A stretch of 64,000 bases of DNA from Felis catus (Eukaryota). The stretch covers positions 13,518,001 through 13,582,000 of the forward strand of contig NC_058383.1 of assembly GCF_018350175.1 (NCBI RefSeq), written 5' to 3'. Below, piece after piece: positions 1 through 13,310 of the stretch (its first letter is position 1; each line of letters begins with the position of its first letter). The translations under genes and the position numbers were made by a program. The notes under the pieces were generated by a model. It had not been told where the DNA came from. It made no database searches and saw only the letters and a program-made list of their open reading frames with translations.

Positions 1-175
1 AGATTCCTCCTGGAGGATGTGATGTTCCAAGCTGACACCTAAAGAGACTTAGGGGTGAGAATGGGAAGGCCAGAGGGCAGCACCTTTTAGGCAAAGGAAA
101 CCGCACGTGCAGAGGCTGATGTTGGAGGGGAATTTATTTCATCTGTTCAGTAGTGGAGTGCAAAGAAAGTCGTTG
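1..175 (-). mobile_element. L2 (LINE-2) fragment, ancient
   Basis: 'ttcctcctggaggatgtgatgttccaagctgacacctaaaga...ggcaaaggaaaccgcacgtgcagaggc' resembles the antisense L2 3' region; by-eye match. Confidence 0.6.
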
Positions 176-1579
176 TGATTAGACGGTCACTTTGTACACA
201 TTCCCGCCACCCTTGTGTCTCCCTGTGTGCAGCCTATTCCCTTCTGTTAGTGGCCCCAAATCCGCTTCCCAGAGCAACAGCTGGTGTTCAGGGAGTTTGG
301 CGGCTTCGCCTAGCAGACAGGGCGAGGAGCGTAAGTTAACATAGTCCGTTACGCAGCCAACTGAGTCAGGCCTTGATGGTGTCCTGCTCGGCAATGGAAA
401 TCTCTCACATTCCTCATGTTGGTTACATCTCTCTTCTGTCCGACCCAAAGTGTGAAAAAATGGAAATTAATAAAAAGGGGAATGATTTTCTTTAGATCAT
501 CAGAAATTGTCTTCTTCTGAGATTTTCTGAATATTGTAGTGATGTCTCTTATCCCCAGGGGTGGTGGTTTCACCCCAGGAGATTGCTTCCGACACCAGCT
601 GTGAGAGGTATACTGCCTGCCTCCTGCAGGAGGGTGACTGAGCACTTTGGGGTTCAGGGTGCATCCGGGGGAGTGGAACAGATGCCAGAGTAGTCTCCCC
701 TTGGGTAATGTCTCACCTGATGCAGCCTGTCTCCTCTCTTATGTTTCAGTTGAGATTCCTCTTAAGCTCCCATTTCCCCACCATTCATAAAGGGTCTGTA
801 AATTATTTAAGGGAAGGAAACACAGCCTTTATCCCTTTGGATTTTTCTCCTCGAGCATATGAATCTTTTCTCTGAGCATACACACATGGCCCAGACTCAC
901 TGTCAGGGGAGATGTAATGCCAGCATCTGGTGTTAATATCTATTGTTGACATTTTGGGAATGAGAACATGAGCTATTAGGGAAGATGTTTGCTTGTACCT
1001 AATTAATGTCCCGATGTATCCCCTCTTGTTGTCAGCGTTGCCTCACCATCCAGCCTTGGCATTTTCTTTTACTGGCTAACTTTAAAAGTTAATTATTTCT
1101 CTGTTGGATGTTAAATGCCACCGTTTTTTTTAATGCCGTTCCTCCATGTGAATTATTAGTTATCAAAAATCAAAAACTGATCTGCACAATTATCAACTCT
1201 TTACCTAAAGGCAGTGTTCTTGCGGATCATTCTTCTCAAGTGCGAGAGCATCTGCTGTGATATCTGGCAACACGGATCTCTCCAGCAGATGTTGACTTCT
1301 TACTCACCCCTGGCCAGCCTTCCTGGTGTGGAACAGGTACAAAGTCCCGGTACATCCCATCCAATAGAAGCAGTCGCGGATGCAGCCAAATCTTCCAGAC
1401 TCATTTTGCTTGAATCTCAAATAACTGTTGAAACTCATTTGGCAACTCCAGTAAATACGGACAGAAGTGAGGGAACGCCAGATAGCCCGATGCCCTCAGA
1501 GCTCTTACGAAACGTATGTCTTGGTGGGAAATTGTGCCTTTCTTTATGTGAGGTTGGTTTGTAAAAACAGTAGAAATCA

Positions 1580-1760
1580 TTGCTAATAGCTACTGAGTGC
1601 TTTTACCTTGTGCCAGGCTTTGTTACTAGCTTTTCACATGGATTATCTAAGCTAATCCTCTGGACAACCCTGTGAAGTGAAATATTACTATTCCCAACTT
1701 TAAGCTCAGCTGACTCAAGTCAGTTACCATCATCTCATGGCTGGTTACTGGTGGGCCAGG
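1580..1760 (-). mobile_element. MIR SINE fragment
   Basis: 'taatagctactgagtgcttttaccttgtgccaggc...aatcctctggacaaccctgtgaag...attactattccc' is the reverse complement of the MIR 3' half. Confidence 0.75.
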
Positions 1761-1789
1761 AGCCTGTTCTCATTCCCTGCAGCACAGTG

Positions 1790-2078
1790 ACGGTGTCCAG
1801 GATGGTGGCCACGAATCACATGTGGTCACTGAGCGCCTTAATGGGGCAAGTCCAAACTGAGGTGTGCCGAGTACTCGAGGACCCGGTATAAGAAAGTTGC
1901 ATAAAGTAGGTCCTTCTTAACGCATTTGTGTCAGTTACCTGTCAGATGGTAAGAATTTGGATATGTCGAGTTAAATGTATTATCAAGACCGATTCTGTCT
2001 CTCTTCACTTCTTTCATGTGGTGACTAGAGAATTTTAGTTTCTCCACTGCTTGCATTGTGTTTCTGTTGGAAAAGGGC
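1790..2078 (-). mobile_element. MER33-like hAT-Charlie DNA transposon relic
   Basis: 'gtgtccaggatggtggccacgaatcacatgtggtcactgagc...agtccaaactgaggtgtgc...ttggatatgtcgagttaaat...catgtggtgactagagaatttt...gcattgtgtttctgttgga' follows the MER33/MER3 layout with decayed termini. Confidence 0.7.
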
Positions 2079-4952
2079 CGCCGTACAGACATACACAGAG
2101 TTCCAGTGTCTCTGGGTTGTTCTCCCCCTCACCCCCTCCCTTGCTGTATGAGTTTCTGATCCTAAATTATTGAGGGAGAATGTACACATTCCTGACCCTT
2201 CCTCTCCTCTCTGGCCATTTCACTTCCAGAAATCCAGTGCAAAGTATGAATTCTTACATCTGAGTCTCTACCCAAGAACCCATCTGTTGGCTCTTATCAA
2301 GTATGGAAAGATGAAACACTGACATGTTATGCATTAACGAGATCAAAAGGAGAGCTAATGACAGAAATGTGGCTGCTGTTAAAATGTCCTGAGAGGATAA
2401 TCCGGGCGGACTTTTGTTCTCCTTAGGGCGACCCCCTTCAGTGTCGTCCAGAGAGGGTCTCCCAGCTCTCCTTTCCCGCCTTCCCCTCTGCCCTCCTTCC
2501 AGTCCCTGCCCACCCCCGTCTGCCTGGTGTGTGCGCAGCTGCAGCGGCCCCTCTGTTAAGCAGTTCTGACACGAGGCAGGTCTTTCTTCCTGCCTGTGAG
2601 AGCTCAGTGTATAATGGTGTTGCCCTCCACCGGGGATCTTTGAGAAGCTTTATGGCTCTAGCAGGCATGCGGGAACCAATCGCAGGCACTAGCAGCTGAT
2701 ATATGACACTAATATAGGGTTCACTTTTATTCTCAACCTAAAAAAAGATAGATTGTTCCAAGTTTAGACAGGCTGTAAAATCGCGTGCTTCTGGAACCAT
2801 GCTGCCTTCCCCCCGGGACCACTCTAATTGCTTTACATCTGTACAAAGGTTCCTTGTAATCGGGCTTTCTGCCTTCATTTGTCTTCTTTTCGGCCTCTTA
2901 GTAAAGACCTTAATTGGTCTTAGTGGGGCTTTTTTCAGTTAGCGCAACTGTACCTTTAGGGCTGAACAAGTATCAGACAGTACCTGCGGGGAGAAGAGGG
3001 GAGATGGGAAAGACATCAATACTCCTTTACCTTTAACAGTTTAATTAATGTGCTCAGAACAAGGAGCGATTTGAAGAAATTTCTGCTCCTCCGGGACCCT
3101 GCTACGGAGCAGACATAACTGGGGTTAGGTGGAATTTTCTAGATTTCTTTCCCGCTTCAGTCTCTGTGAACACTCATTAGCCTCATAATTGTCTCACAGT
3201 AAACTGCTGTATCAGGTTTCAGTCCGTCCTCTTCGGAGGGATCCAGTCGCTTTACATCAATAGACTAAAGTACTGGGGGGACGCATGTGCAGGGAAGTAG
3301 CCTCTAATTTCTGTTTCTTAGCTACTAATTATTTAATAATACATTTTATTGCCTATTAAAATGTGGCATAACTTGCTTGTCAGCAAAACTAGATGGAACC
3401 TAATCATTTGAGGAGAAGGATAATTGGCACTTGTACAGATGGCTTTTACTGCAAGTCGGGTTTGTTATTGCAGATCGAGTTCCTGGCCGGGTTTCGTGGT
3501 TCTGTTTGTGGGCCGGCCAGTGCTGTGAGGGGGTTACTGTGTTACAGCCCGGGCGGTGAAATGTGGTATTATTGCAAATGCAGTATGTACTCAGTTATAG
3601 ATCATAAAGGCTTCTGCTGTGTAGGTGCTTTTTCCCTCCTCCCCCCCTTCACCCCTGGTTTTAAAGGACCCTAGTGAGTTTTGTACCACACTGAAAATTA
3701 CCTTATGTGCTGGGAAATGCATCAGTGGAGACTTTGTTTAAACAAAGGGCGTTTTTATGATGGATCGAAGAGGCCAAAACTTCTGGATTTCCATCTAGTA
3801 AAAATTTGTGTAGGAAAATTGGACCAGTCCCAGTTCCTTAGTAGAATTTCACGAAGGTTTTCCTGTTGCTTCAAAATGACCCCTTAAGGAATGCTGCATA
3901 AATTCCAGAAAATTGCCCACAGTGTTTCCTAGAGCACATTAAGAAACTGAGGGGGACACGTTGTGTGTGGGATAGTTTAGTGGCGGCATATTCGTTCACT
4001 GGATCGAAGAGGGGCAAACCCAAGTATTTTGGCTCTAAGTGGGAAATGTTGGCCAAGGTTTGGAGGAGGAGGGACTTTTGGCAAGCGCTGTGGTAAGGAA
4101 CGTTCTGGTGGCGTTGGAGTGGGTCGGAACGGTCCGTGCAGGGAATGGGGACAGTTCACACTCATATTCTCATCCCCAGGGCACACTGTTCCTTTGTCTC
4201 CACAAGGTATGCGGGCCTTACTTCCTGCTCAGATAGGGCCTCGGTTCCTGAAAGACCACCACCTGTGTTTGAAAGTCTGCTCGTGTTCTGACCCAAGTGG
4301 GTTGTTTAAAACCCACAACCATGTCCATCTTCGTATGTTTCCTGGATCCCATCTTTCCATCTCTTATTACTTTGTAATTATTCTTTTGCCTGAGGTCTGA
4401 TTGTCCCAGAACAACAAGTCTCTTGTCTGGCATCTCTCTTGGCAACTGCTTTTCTCTTCCCTTTGAAGATCTACACACTCTCCACCCTTCTCTCTGAGCT
4501 TCCAAAACTTCAGTGAAGACGTGTATATGTTACCAGTAAATACAGGGAGGTTTTTTTAGGTGTGGAAGGGAATATCTCAGCTTGAAACTTCAAAAAATCA
4601 GTATGAAGTAAGCCTGACGTAGATAGCCCTGTTTCTTAGGGGTTGAGCTTGGGAATTACTGTAATTTAACACCCATAATAAATGTGTTAAAAGAGGGAAG
4701 AAAGCCAATTCTGAGGTTTTGTGTGTTATATGAAGGTTGTGTGTTATACACCGTCATTAAATTTTCTGGAGTAAAAGCTACTGGCAAGTTGAAGCCAATT
4801 TAAAAGGTGTGTGTGTAGGAACTGGAATATGCAGCCATAAACTGGTTTGGGAGTTGGTTTGGGAGGTACAAATCCTTTAGAACAATGTAGCAGGGAGGCT
4901 GGCAGTGACCTCGAATGTCTGTAGCCTTGGTGGTCGTAGTCTATTCTGCATG

Positions 4953-4954
<2 letters not shown>

Positions 4955-4987
<33 letters not shown>
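4955..4987. repeat. (GT)n microsatellite
   Basis: Direct reading. Confidence 0.95.
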
Positions 4988-4989
<2 letters not shown>

Positions 4990-5060
4990 TGCGTGTGCGC
5001 GTGCACGTGTATGTGTAGGACTAGGCTTTACACAAGGTTACATCTGTTGATTCTTCTGTC

Positions 5061-5244
5061 ATTTATTTGTTTTTGTTTTGTTCTGTTTTATGTTTAGAGA
5101 GGGGGTGGAGTGGGGGGAGAGAGAGAATCCCAAGCAGGCTCCGCGCTGCCAGCATGGAGCCTGACTCGGGGCTCAAGCACATGAACTGTGAGATCATGAA
5201 CTGAGGCAAAATCCGGAGTCAGACTGGAGGTACCCGGGGACCCC
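5061..5244 (-). mobile_element. CAN-SINE (older feliform subfamily, SINEC_Fc2-like)
   Basis: T-rich tail, then 'gagagagaatcccaagcaggctccgcgctgccagcatggagcctgactcggggctc...tgtgagatcatga', ending in 'cccc'; head partly deleted. Confidence 0.85.
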
Positions 5245-5394
5245 AGTCAATAGGATTTTCTGATCAGCCCTTTTCTCTTGCTGATTGAGGTCGGAAGGCC
5301 AAGATGAGGGGGAAGGATTTTAACAACATGCTGTCCTCTGTTAAATGAAGCACCGTTAAAACCACATCCGTACCTGGGTCTCTTGCTACCTGGT

Positions 5395-5890
5395 CCACGC
5401 CAAATATTTTGGGGGCAAGAGTACACATGGAGGCCCACCTTACTTCTCTTTCCAATTCTGGTTCTTTCCAGCACCACAAGGAACTTTACATACATAAGAG
5501 TGGGCACCCATCCCACATATCCAGGCTCCGTCCATACCTTATGCCCTCACCGCTCCAGCAAACAGCTGCCCGTTGGCCACCCCCAGGCCTGCAGGTGTGT
5601 GTAGCAACAGCAGGGCCTGCCTTCAAGAGGACAGTTCCCATGCAGCCCCTGTCCCTGTCCCATGCAGGCCCTGGGAGAGGCTTGGGCCCATCAGGCCAAA
5701 GGAACCCTGTCTCTGGTAGGAGGAACATGATTCAAAAGAGGCGATTTGTGAGCTCGCTGGGCCCATCTCCATGACCCGCTAGCCTCCTGTCCCACCGAGA
5801 GGAGCACAGCTCCAAGAGGGCCTGAGAACAACCCCATTATGCATTGATCTCAGGGCAGGGGCTCTGTTACCCGGGTATGAGCGGTATGCC
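5395..5890 (+). mobile_element. MER115-like hAT-Tip100 DNA transposon relic
   Basis: 'gggcaagagtacacatggaggcccac', 'gcaaacagctgcccgttggccacccccaggcct' and the terminal 'gggcaggggctctgttacccgggtatgagcggta' resemble the MER115 consensus as I recall it. Confidence 0.55.
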
Positions 5891-6924
5891 TCCGCCTTTC
5901 CATTTCAATCTCAGCAGCCTCACTCCATACCCTGCAAAAACAAAAATGATGGTGAAGAAATAGTGTGGATTCAAGTCTTGTCCAAAAAAAGCTAAATGGA
6001 TGATTTATTGTTCAGGCATCAGTGTCCGTGGACGCAAGATGTGAATGTTCAGCTAGCTTTCAGATTCAATACTGGGGAGTCAGCTGGGGTCTTGTGCACA
6101 AAGGTGCTGTGTGACACGTTTGTGTGAGAAATGCTTTTTTCCAAGTAGCATTTAAAATACAACGAACTGCTATCCAGACACAGGCAGTGCCCCACCATCC
6201 AACGCAAGGACCATGTAAGGGAAGATTGGAGCTGAGGGACCAAATTAGGAATGTTTTCAATTTCAGGAGTCCAGAGAAGAAACCCAGCATTATATTGACA
6301 CCGTTCAAACAAAGTAAGGCATTTTGAAGCTTGTTAGTATTTTGAAACACATCTTTATTCAACCTCGTAAAAAAAAAAAAGAAGAATGGGATAATTTCAT
6401 TGTTACTCATAGCATTTCTGATATGCAAAGCACTCTTGAAACTCATCCTCCCTCCAAATGTGTATATGGTGTGTGGCCTTCTAAAATGAGGTTCACTGGA
6501 TCCGAATTCCACTCAGAAATCAAAGCAATAGATGTGTTCTCTATTGTGTTGAAGTAACCTAGATTTTTAACAGTGGGGATTCTGACTTTGGTGTGGAGGC
6601 GATAGTCCTTAAAGGTCTTTGTAGCTATTTATATTATTAGTTGTTTTTATGCAGGGGAGGGCTATGCTTTTAATGACCTTGGTTTTGATCTTTCCCAAAA
6701 AAAGTTCAGTTTGTCTGTCATCTTCACCTGACAGATAGCAGTTGATTGTGTTTATTGCGAAAAGGAGACACTTCAACCTCTAAAAGGAAACTCTTTGGGG
6801 AAGTGTGCTAATACTGGCTTTGAAAGGGGGAGAAAAAAGGAAAATTAAACAAGTATCTTGAAAGGGGCCCTTGTCAATCTGCTTTTCCCATTATCTCAAG
6901 GGATGGGAATATTAAGAGAACACA

Positions 6925-7040
6925 TTTTCAGGCTCACTTTTCTCACCTAGAGAATGACAGTAATACCTGTGTCAGGTTATTAAGATGTAATGAACGAATG
7001 TATGTAAAACAGGCCCACGGTGGCCTCATGTTAGCTGCCT
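6925..7040 (+). mobile_element. MIR fragment
   Basis: 'ctcacttttctcacctagagaatgacagtaatacct...taatgaacgaatgtatgtaaaaca...atgttagct' matches the MIR core and 3' end. Confidence 0.6.
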
Positions 7041-8044
7041 TCCCCGCTCAACTTACTCAAGGAAAATTGGGTGTCGGGGCTAATTTTGCATAATTTTGAA
7101 TCTTAGATGTGGCTTTTCTACTTTCTTTTTCTTCCATTATTGACTCTGCTTCTGTGGCGCTCTCGCCAGCAAACTAATAGAAGGAACTGAGCCAGGACAA
7201 GTGACTTGCCTCATGGAGTGTTGCTTCTCCGTAAAGGCTGACTCCAAGCTGTGTCTGCGAAGGGCTTGTTGTCACCGTTCTTCACAGAGGCCTCTGAGCT
7301 GCCCTTTTCTGGAGTGTCAGCCTACTTCTCAGGATAGGCGTCAACTTGCTCTCCATAATGGTCCCCGGTCCCCGGCACACAAGTCACCCTCTGTCTCTAA
7401 AACTGACCTTGGCCTTACCTGCATTTCCAGTGTTATCCTGTTTCCTGTGTCTCATCTCCACTTGGGGGAAAAGTGGGTATGCGAAGATTTGTTTAACAGG
7501 GTTAGCAACTACACTGGGCCCTTCATACAAATATAGGTAAAATCAAGCCAGATATTGAAGACAGAGCAAACAATTTAGGTTGTGTTTTTCGACCCAGTGT
7601 CCATTTTCCATTATGCATCAGCCTCCTTTCCTGTGAGCCTTTGTGCTGGTCTGTGGGCCTGTGTTCATGTTCATAGCTGCTTTCCAGAGCATGTCTAGGC
7701 TGCTTGAGTTTAAAAGCTCCCATCTAAATAATGGCAAGGTTCCTAAGATGTCATCACCTCCCACCAGAAGAACCTAGCACCCTTTGAGTTCTCTACCAGC
7801 ACCCCAAAGTGCTACATCCTAGAGTTCAAGAAGGTCCATCATCCGCCAAAGAAGCAAGGATAGTACTGATAGAAAGGGTGAAAGATGTCCAAGTGAACCA
7901 GTTCAGCATAACACACATGCCTCCTGATGGAAGTGATGGCCCATATGGTTAGGTGATTAGATTCTGCCTGAGACCTTCCAACTCTGGAAGCTACTCCACA
8001 GGATAAAACTTGCTGAAATTAGAGAACTTCAAGAATACCAGTTT

Positions 8045-8208
8045 TGTATGTATGTTATATATTGTATGCCATAATAATGTGTTATGTATTATATATGTTT
8101 CCACATATATATATATATATGTATACATGCATGTGCTTGTATATGGATATACTACATACATATATTCATACATGCACTTGTAGGTGCACACACACACTCA
8201 CACACATA
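8045..8208. repeat. Degenerate (TA)n/(CA)n low-complexity tract
   Basis: Direct reading: tatata/catata/cacaca runs. Confidence 0.85.
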
Positions 8209-8885
8209 CTTAAAGAACACTAATTTAGGGGAGATCACACCTTTTGACAATTCAAAGGGAAAAGTTAGAATCTGTGAAGTGATTATTATGGAAAACCAGC
8301 TCAGCCTTTCCTGGAAATGCCGGAACCACAAAAATTTCTCAGCGTTTGAAAAGATGACCCATGCTGATTTATGCAGACCTCAGGACTCACTCCCAGGGCA
8401 CAGGAGCAGTTCCTTGTTAACATCAGATTGTGTGTTTACCGTGATGACAATTAAGAATGGTGAAGTAGTTCCTATAAAACAAGAACCAGACCAGCCTGGG
8501 GGATAAAACTAGTCAGTCCCCAAATATCCCTCCTTTCTCCTTCGCCTTCCCCCTGTTCTTTTCCGTTCTCCACCATTTTTCCCTTGACCCCCTTTCCAGA
8601 CCTCCTTCCTGGCAGGCAAGGCTGGGCAGAGATTGAACAACACAGTTCATCAGATTCCACATCCGATAAGACATTCAAATCCTGAAATACTAGTAGAACC
8701 TAGTTTTAACATGTTTCTTCCCAGGGAAAGTAAAACGTTCCTCACAGTCTTAAAAACCAAGTATGTTCTCCAATATTCCAAGCCAGAAAAATTCATTATA
8801 GGAAGTTGGAATATTTATCTTTATATGTGACAGGATAGTAGGTCTTTTCTGTTTGTTTTTCTTTTTTTCAATCAGAAATAAGGTG

Positions 8886-8914
8886 GTTGTTGTTGTTGTT
8901 GTTGTTATTGTTGT
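8886..8914. repeat. (GTT)n microsatellite
   Basis: Direct reading. Confidence 0.9.
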
Positions 8915-9289
8915 TAAGGAAGGAAAATATCAACAGTGTACATCCTCAAATAGGCAAATCCTAAACCCTAGAAATGCAGAGTATCCTGTAACTGGGATTA
9001 TAGATGCTCTATATAGTTCCTGGTGTATTCATTTAGCATTTATTCAGCAGGTACATAAAGAACATTTTTCAAGAGCCGCACAAGGTACTAAACTGTGGAC
9101 AAGCATAAGCCGAGGTTGGTGGCCACAAAGGTGTCCACTGTTAGATGGCAAAGAGGCAGGTATTAAACCGGACGTGGCATAGGTGCCGCAGGAAAGATAA
9201 ATCACCTCAGTACTCTGAGGTGACATTAGCCCCATTTGGAACTAGAGAGACAGAGGCTTTGGGATACGGATCCTCCTGCTCTTCCCTCT

Positions 9290-9590
9290 GTGTGTACGTG
9301 ATACGTGGTTGTATTTTGTCAGTACAAAGATGGTAACCGTATGGGATACACGGTTTCCCCTTTGACATTTTCTTGAACAATGCATTCTTTTAGCCTATTA
9401 ACTCTTGTTCCGCATCTGTTTTGATCCATTCCATAGATTCACCATGATGGACAGTTAGGTTTTGTCCAGTTTTTCATCTTTTATGTTCCTGAGTTTGGGA
9501 TTTCCCCAGAACATATTCTTAGAAATGGAGCTGCTATATCAAAAAGAATGAAAAATTTTGAACTTATTGGTAGCTTCATTTTTTAACTGC
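9290..9590 (-). mobile_element. Ancient L1 (L1ME-type) 3' fragment
   Basis: 'gatggacagttaggttttgtccagtttttc...atttccccagaacatattcttagaaatggagctgctatatcaaaaagaatg' resembles antisense L1 3' sequence. Confidence 0.55.
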
Positions 9591-9834
9591 TCTAAAACAA
9601 GTATTCGGTCTTAAGAACTCTTTGTTTAAATGGAGGTATTTGTGCAGATGAAATAGCCAAGTATTGTGATTTGCCATTTGTTATTCTGTCACCCATCAGA
9701 TACTTAAATAATTAATTACATTTTTGAGATTTTTCATCTCTGTGTCCCACATATATTGCTACTTGTGTACTGTATACTGTATCCTTTTATGCTTCTCTGA
9801 ATTTTACACTTAAACAAACAAACAAAAAAACAGC

Positions 9835-10095
9835 TCAGATTACACTTTTTTGGAAAACCTTCCAAGACTTCCCCAGCCTCCTTGAGCTCTTCATTCTTTG
9901 GTCTCTGCTAGTCCTCCAGTAGCCCAGTAGCCTGTTCATCTAATTTGCCAATGAACTACCTTATAAGTTATCTTTTTATGGTTACATCTTATTTCCTTTA
10001 ATAGATTATAAACTTCTCAGCCCGAGACCAGGCCTCGGGCTATTTTGTATAGTAGCTTACACATCATAGGCTTGCAGTGTATTTTAATGATTAAC
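9835..10095 (+). mobile_element. L2 3' end
   Basis: 'ggaaaaccttccaagact...tagattataaacttctc...gagaccagg...cacatcataggcttgcagtgtattttaatgattaa' resembles the L2 terminus. Confidence 0.6.
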
Positions 10096-11649
10096 AAATT
10101 TGTTTTCTTCTTATTTCAGCAAGGTTCACAGAAGGGCATGGCCAAGTTCATGATAACCATATGCCTTCAGAAATCATATTGACCACTGTCTTTCTCACTT
10201 TGATAAGGAAAGAAGGAAGAAGATTGGCTCACTGAGAAACCACTGTAGTTGTTTATGTCAGAAAAAAGAATGAGATTAGTTTTTACACTGTCTACCACCT
10301 AGTAGTAAATTTAGTAAATAGTAGCTTTTTTTTTTTTTTTTTTTTCCCAGTTGACTGAAACTGATACTGCCTCTTCCTGTCTGATGCCAGCCAGGTGCTA
10401 ACTTCTGTCTCTCTCTGTTTCCTCCTCTGTGGAAGGTGGACTGGATTCATTCCTACAGGACTCTTTCTGGACTGAGAACATTTAGTAACTCTCTCTGGTT
10501 GTAGGCATTCAAGTATCAGAGGCAGAAGGAGAACTGGTCATATAAATACTGGGCCAAAGTGTTCAACCCAGTTCTAAGTAAATGCGATATTCTTGGATTC
10601 GTTTAGATACTTCTTGATGATAAATGTTTAAAATTCTTTATTTGGCTTAATTTACACTTAATTTCCTTCTAGCAACGATACTGCTGTAGGTAGTTAGAAC
10701 GTTACTTCTTTTTCTGCAGGTACCACGGAACTGTGACAAAAATTCCTTCTACACTATCTACAAAGAAAGGACTTTTGGGGAAAGAATTACTGGATCCAGT
10801 TTCTTTCCCCCAAAATCTTCCTTTTCTTCCCTGAATCTCCCACTACTTTTTTTTTCTTTTTTTTTTTTTTTTTTACAGAGAGGGTCAGTTCCCTCACCAA
10901 GCAGGATACAAACATTCTCAACGCTGCTAGATTATAGGGTTCAGAGCTCCATTCTTTTGATGCCTTTAAATATTTTGTAATTTGATGAGGAACCAATACA
11001 TTTGGTCAAACGTCCCTTTATTCGTAAGAGAAAGAAAATGCCACTCGACCTCAGAACAAATAAAAAGAAAAATAATCCATACATACATTTACATGTGTCA
11101 TGTGTACTACAGATCAAAGATTCAAAGAAAATTATATTTTAGGGCCATGGGCACAATAGAGACTTGTATAGTGCCTGCAATTGACAGGAAAGTTAAATGG
11201 TATTTTTTTTAAAGACTAGAAGTTCATAGACTCCTTCCATTCATGTCTGACATTAGCAAGCTCTTAATAATGCAGTGTGTATTTATTTATTGATCAGACC
11301 ATTTAAGTAGTAAGACATGAGAAAGTGGACACTATTATCTGGTAATTGACCATATTGGAGAGTTAAGTGTTCTGACAAAGAACTAAGTGTGTTTAACCTT
11401 CAGATAAGATCAATTTTAAGATAATGCCTACTTTGGTAATGAACCAAAGCTGCTAAGAAAATTCATACTCTAGATGCTTCTAAAGCAATGCTGTTCTGAT
11501 GACAACTGTCATACTTTTAATGACTAGATTTGTTTCTGAGAGCTGTTGGTCTCCCAGGGCAACCTGAAAAGGGGTTACTAACTTTTATGCTACACTTCAA
11601 ATAAAAGCTCAAATGGACGAGGACCATGGTAAGCAGCATCGCCCACCAA

Positions 11650-13040
11650 GTCATTCATTTAGGAGGCATGTTTTGGGTACCTCCCAGTCATCACGCTATA
11701 TTCTAGCACTCCAAAGTTTAGCAAGACAGCTCTGTCGGAGGGACTTGTGTTCCAGTGAAATGGTTTTCCAACTTTGTTTCATCTGTTAAATCTCTGAGAC
11801 CAAAGCTTTTGTGAGCCCCTCATTTATAAAAACAAGAGAAAGGTACCTAAAAACCTGCCCTTTGTGCCTCTGAATCCTTTTGGGGGGGCGGGGGAGCTCA
11901 CTTGAACACAGCATGAAACCAACTTCTTTTAGCAACAGATCCATAAGCAAATACCACAACATTTTCTAAGTAATGTATTAGAAATATGAAGAAAGCTGAC
12001 ACAGGAACATAAGGAAGGATCTAGCTAGAGCTTCCTGTGAGGTTAGGAAGGTCTTCCTAGAAGAAGTGACTTTGAACAACAAGACCATCCTGTTGGATGA
12101 GGAGTAGTTCACCAGAGCTAAAGGGGGATTGACAGGCAGTGTGGGCAAGGCAAGTGAAGGCCATGGTATTTGGGGAACTAGGCAGCCCTGCTTACATGTC
12201 CAGAATAGAGGTGTCTGGAAAGGAACAGTGAGAGAGAAAGTAGGAAAGGAGATGGGGATCCAAATCCTATAGACCGCAGATAGATCAGACTTGGATTTCA
12301 GTGAGGTGATGCAGACGACCTCAGGGAAACCACAGGGGTCTTTTAGGTCAGAGGTAACAGAGCCATCTACCTAGGGCAAGAGTAGTGATATTGGAGACGA
12401 GGGAACATTTCAGAGAGACTTAAGAGTGGCAATTCACAGATCTGAGTGATCAATTGAATGAATAGAAATGGGAGGTGTCGGACAGGAGTACACCTTGCCC
12501 TGAAGACTGTGTGGATGATGATGTGCAGAGCAAGGAGAGGGTTGAGGTGAGGATGAGATTAAGGGGGAATCAGTTCCCTTTGGAGATGTTGACTTTGAGA
12601 TGCCTATGGGGCATTCAGGTGGAGAAGCTTAGCTGGCCACTAATGGCAAAAGTTGGGATTTGAAATATTGATGTATTAAATCACTGATTGAAAATACAGA
12701 CTTGGGTATGTTCACTGGTGGCTTCTGCAAGAGGAATGTGGGGCAGAGGAAATAGCGGTATTAGTTCAGATCTAGTAAAGAGTGGTTTTACAAAAGAAGA
12801 GAGTTTTGGTACCATAGGACAGAAAGATGTGCATCTTGCTAAGACCACCAGCTTTGCTGGCTAGAAGGCTACTGACCTTTAGCAAGAACTGTTCCAGTGG
12901 AATTATGAGAGTGAAGGCTGGGTTCGAATAGTTCAGAAAGAGGATGAAGCATCAGGTAAAGAAGTGGAGATCACAAATGTGTGCTCAGTGTGATGGGCAA
13001 TGACTTGGGGACCATGGCATCAAGGAGAAGCAAAGTCGAA
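11650..13040 (-). mobile_element. L2 fragment (~1.4 kb), interrupted at ~11755-11925 by a probable hAT-Charlie relic
   Basis: Starts 'tcattcatttaggaggcatgttttgggtacc'; contains 'ttaggaaggtcttcctagaagaagtgactttga', 'gttgactttgagatgcctatggggcattcaggtggaga' and 'tgacctttagcaagaactgttccagtgga'. Confidence 0.75.
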
Positions 13041-13104
13041 GAGCGGATGTGTATGAGGGTGAGTTAGGTATGTCGGGAGGCTGGGAATCTGTGTCATTGG
13101 TAAA

Positions 13105-13310
13105 TTTCAGGCTTCAGAATCTAAATAAGGATCAAATCTCAGGCCTACCACTTACTAGACACTGATTTTGAAGAAGTTCTTCTATGAGCCTCAGTTTCCT
13201 CATATATAAAACAAGATTAATATTACCACCTCTTGGAAACTTGTGAGGATTAAATGAAATCACTATACAAAAAGTACCTAGAACTCAGAAGGCACTCAGT
13301 AAGTGGTGCG
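13105..13310 (+). mobile_element. MIR, near full length
   Basis: 'ccacttactag...tgagcctcagtttcctcatatataaaa...ttgtgaggattaaatga...ggcactcagtaagtg'. Confidence 0.85.

Noticed and set aside
1299..1404. Minus-strand ATG-open frame (MSLEDLAASATASIGWDVPG...) ending at a good donor GGG|GTGAGTAAG
   Set aside because: Only 97 nt, no recognisable homology or promoter context, and opposite to the inferred host direction; such donors arise by chance in 64 kb. It cannot be fully excluded without RNA data.
4915..5097. ORFs rich in CV/ER/TH repeats (also 28110, 54873, 54875, 60144-60681)
   Set aside because: They are translations of dinucleotide microsatellites.
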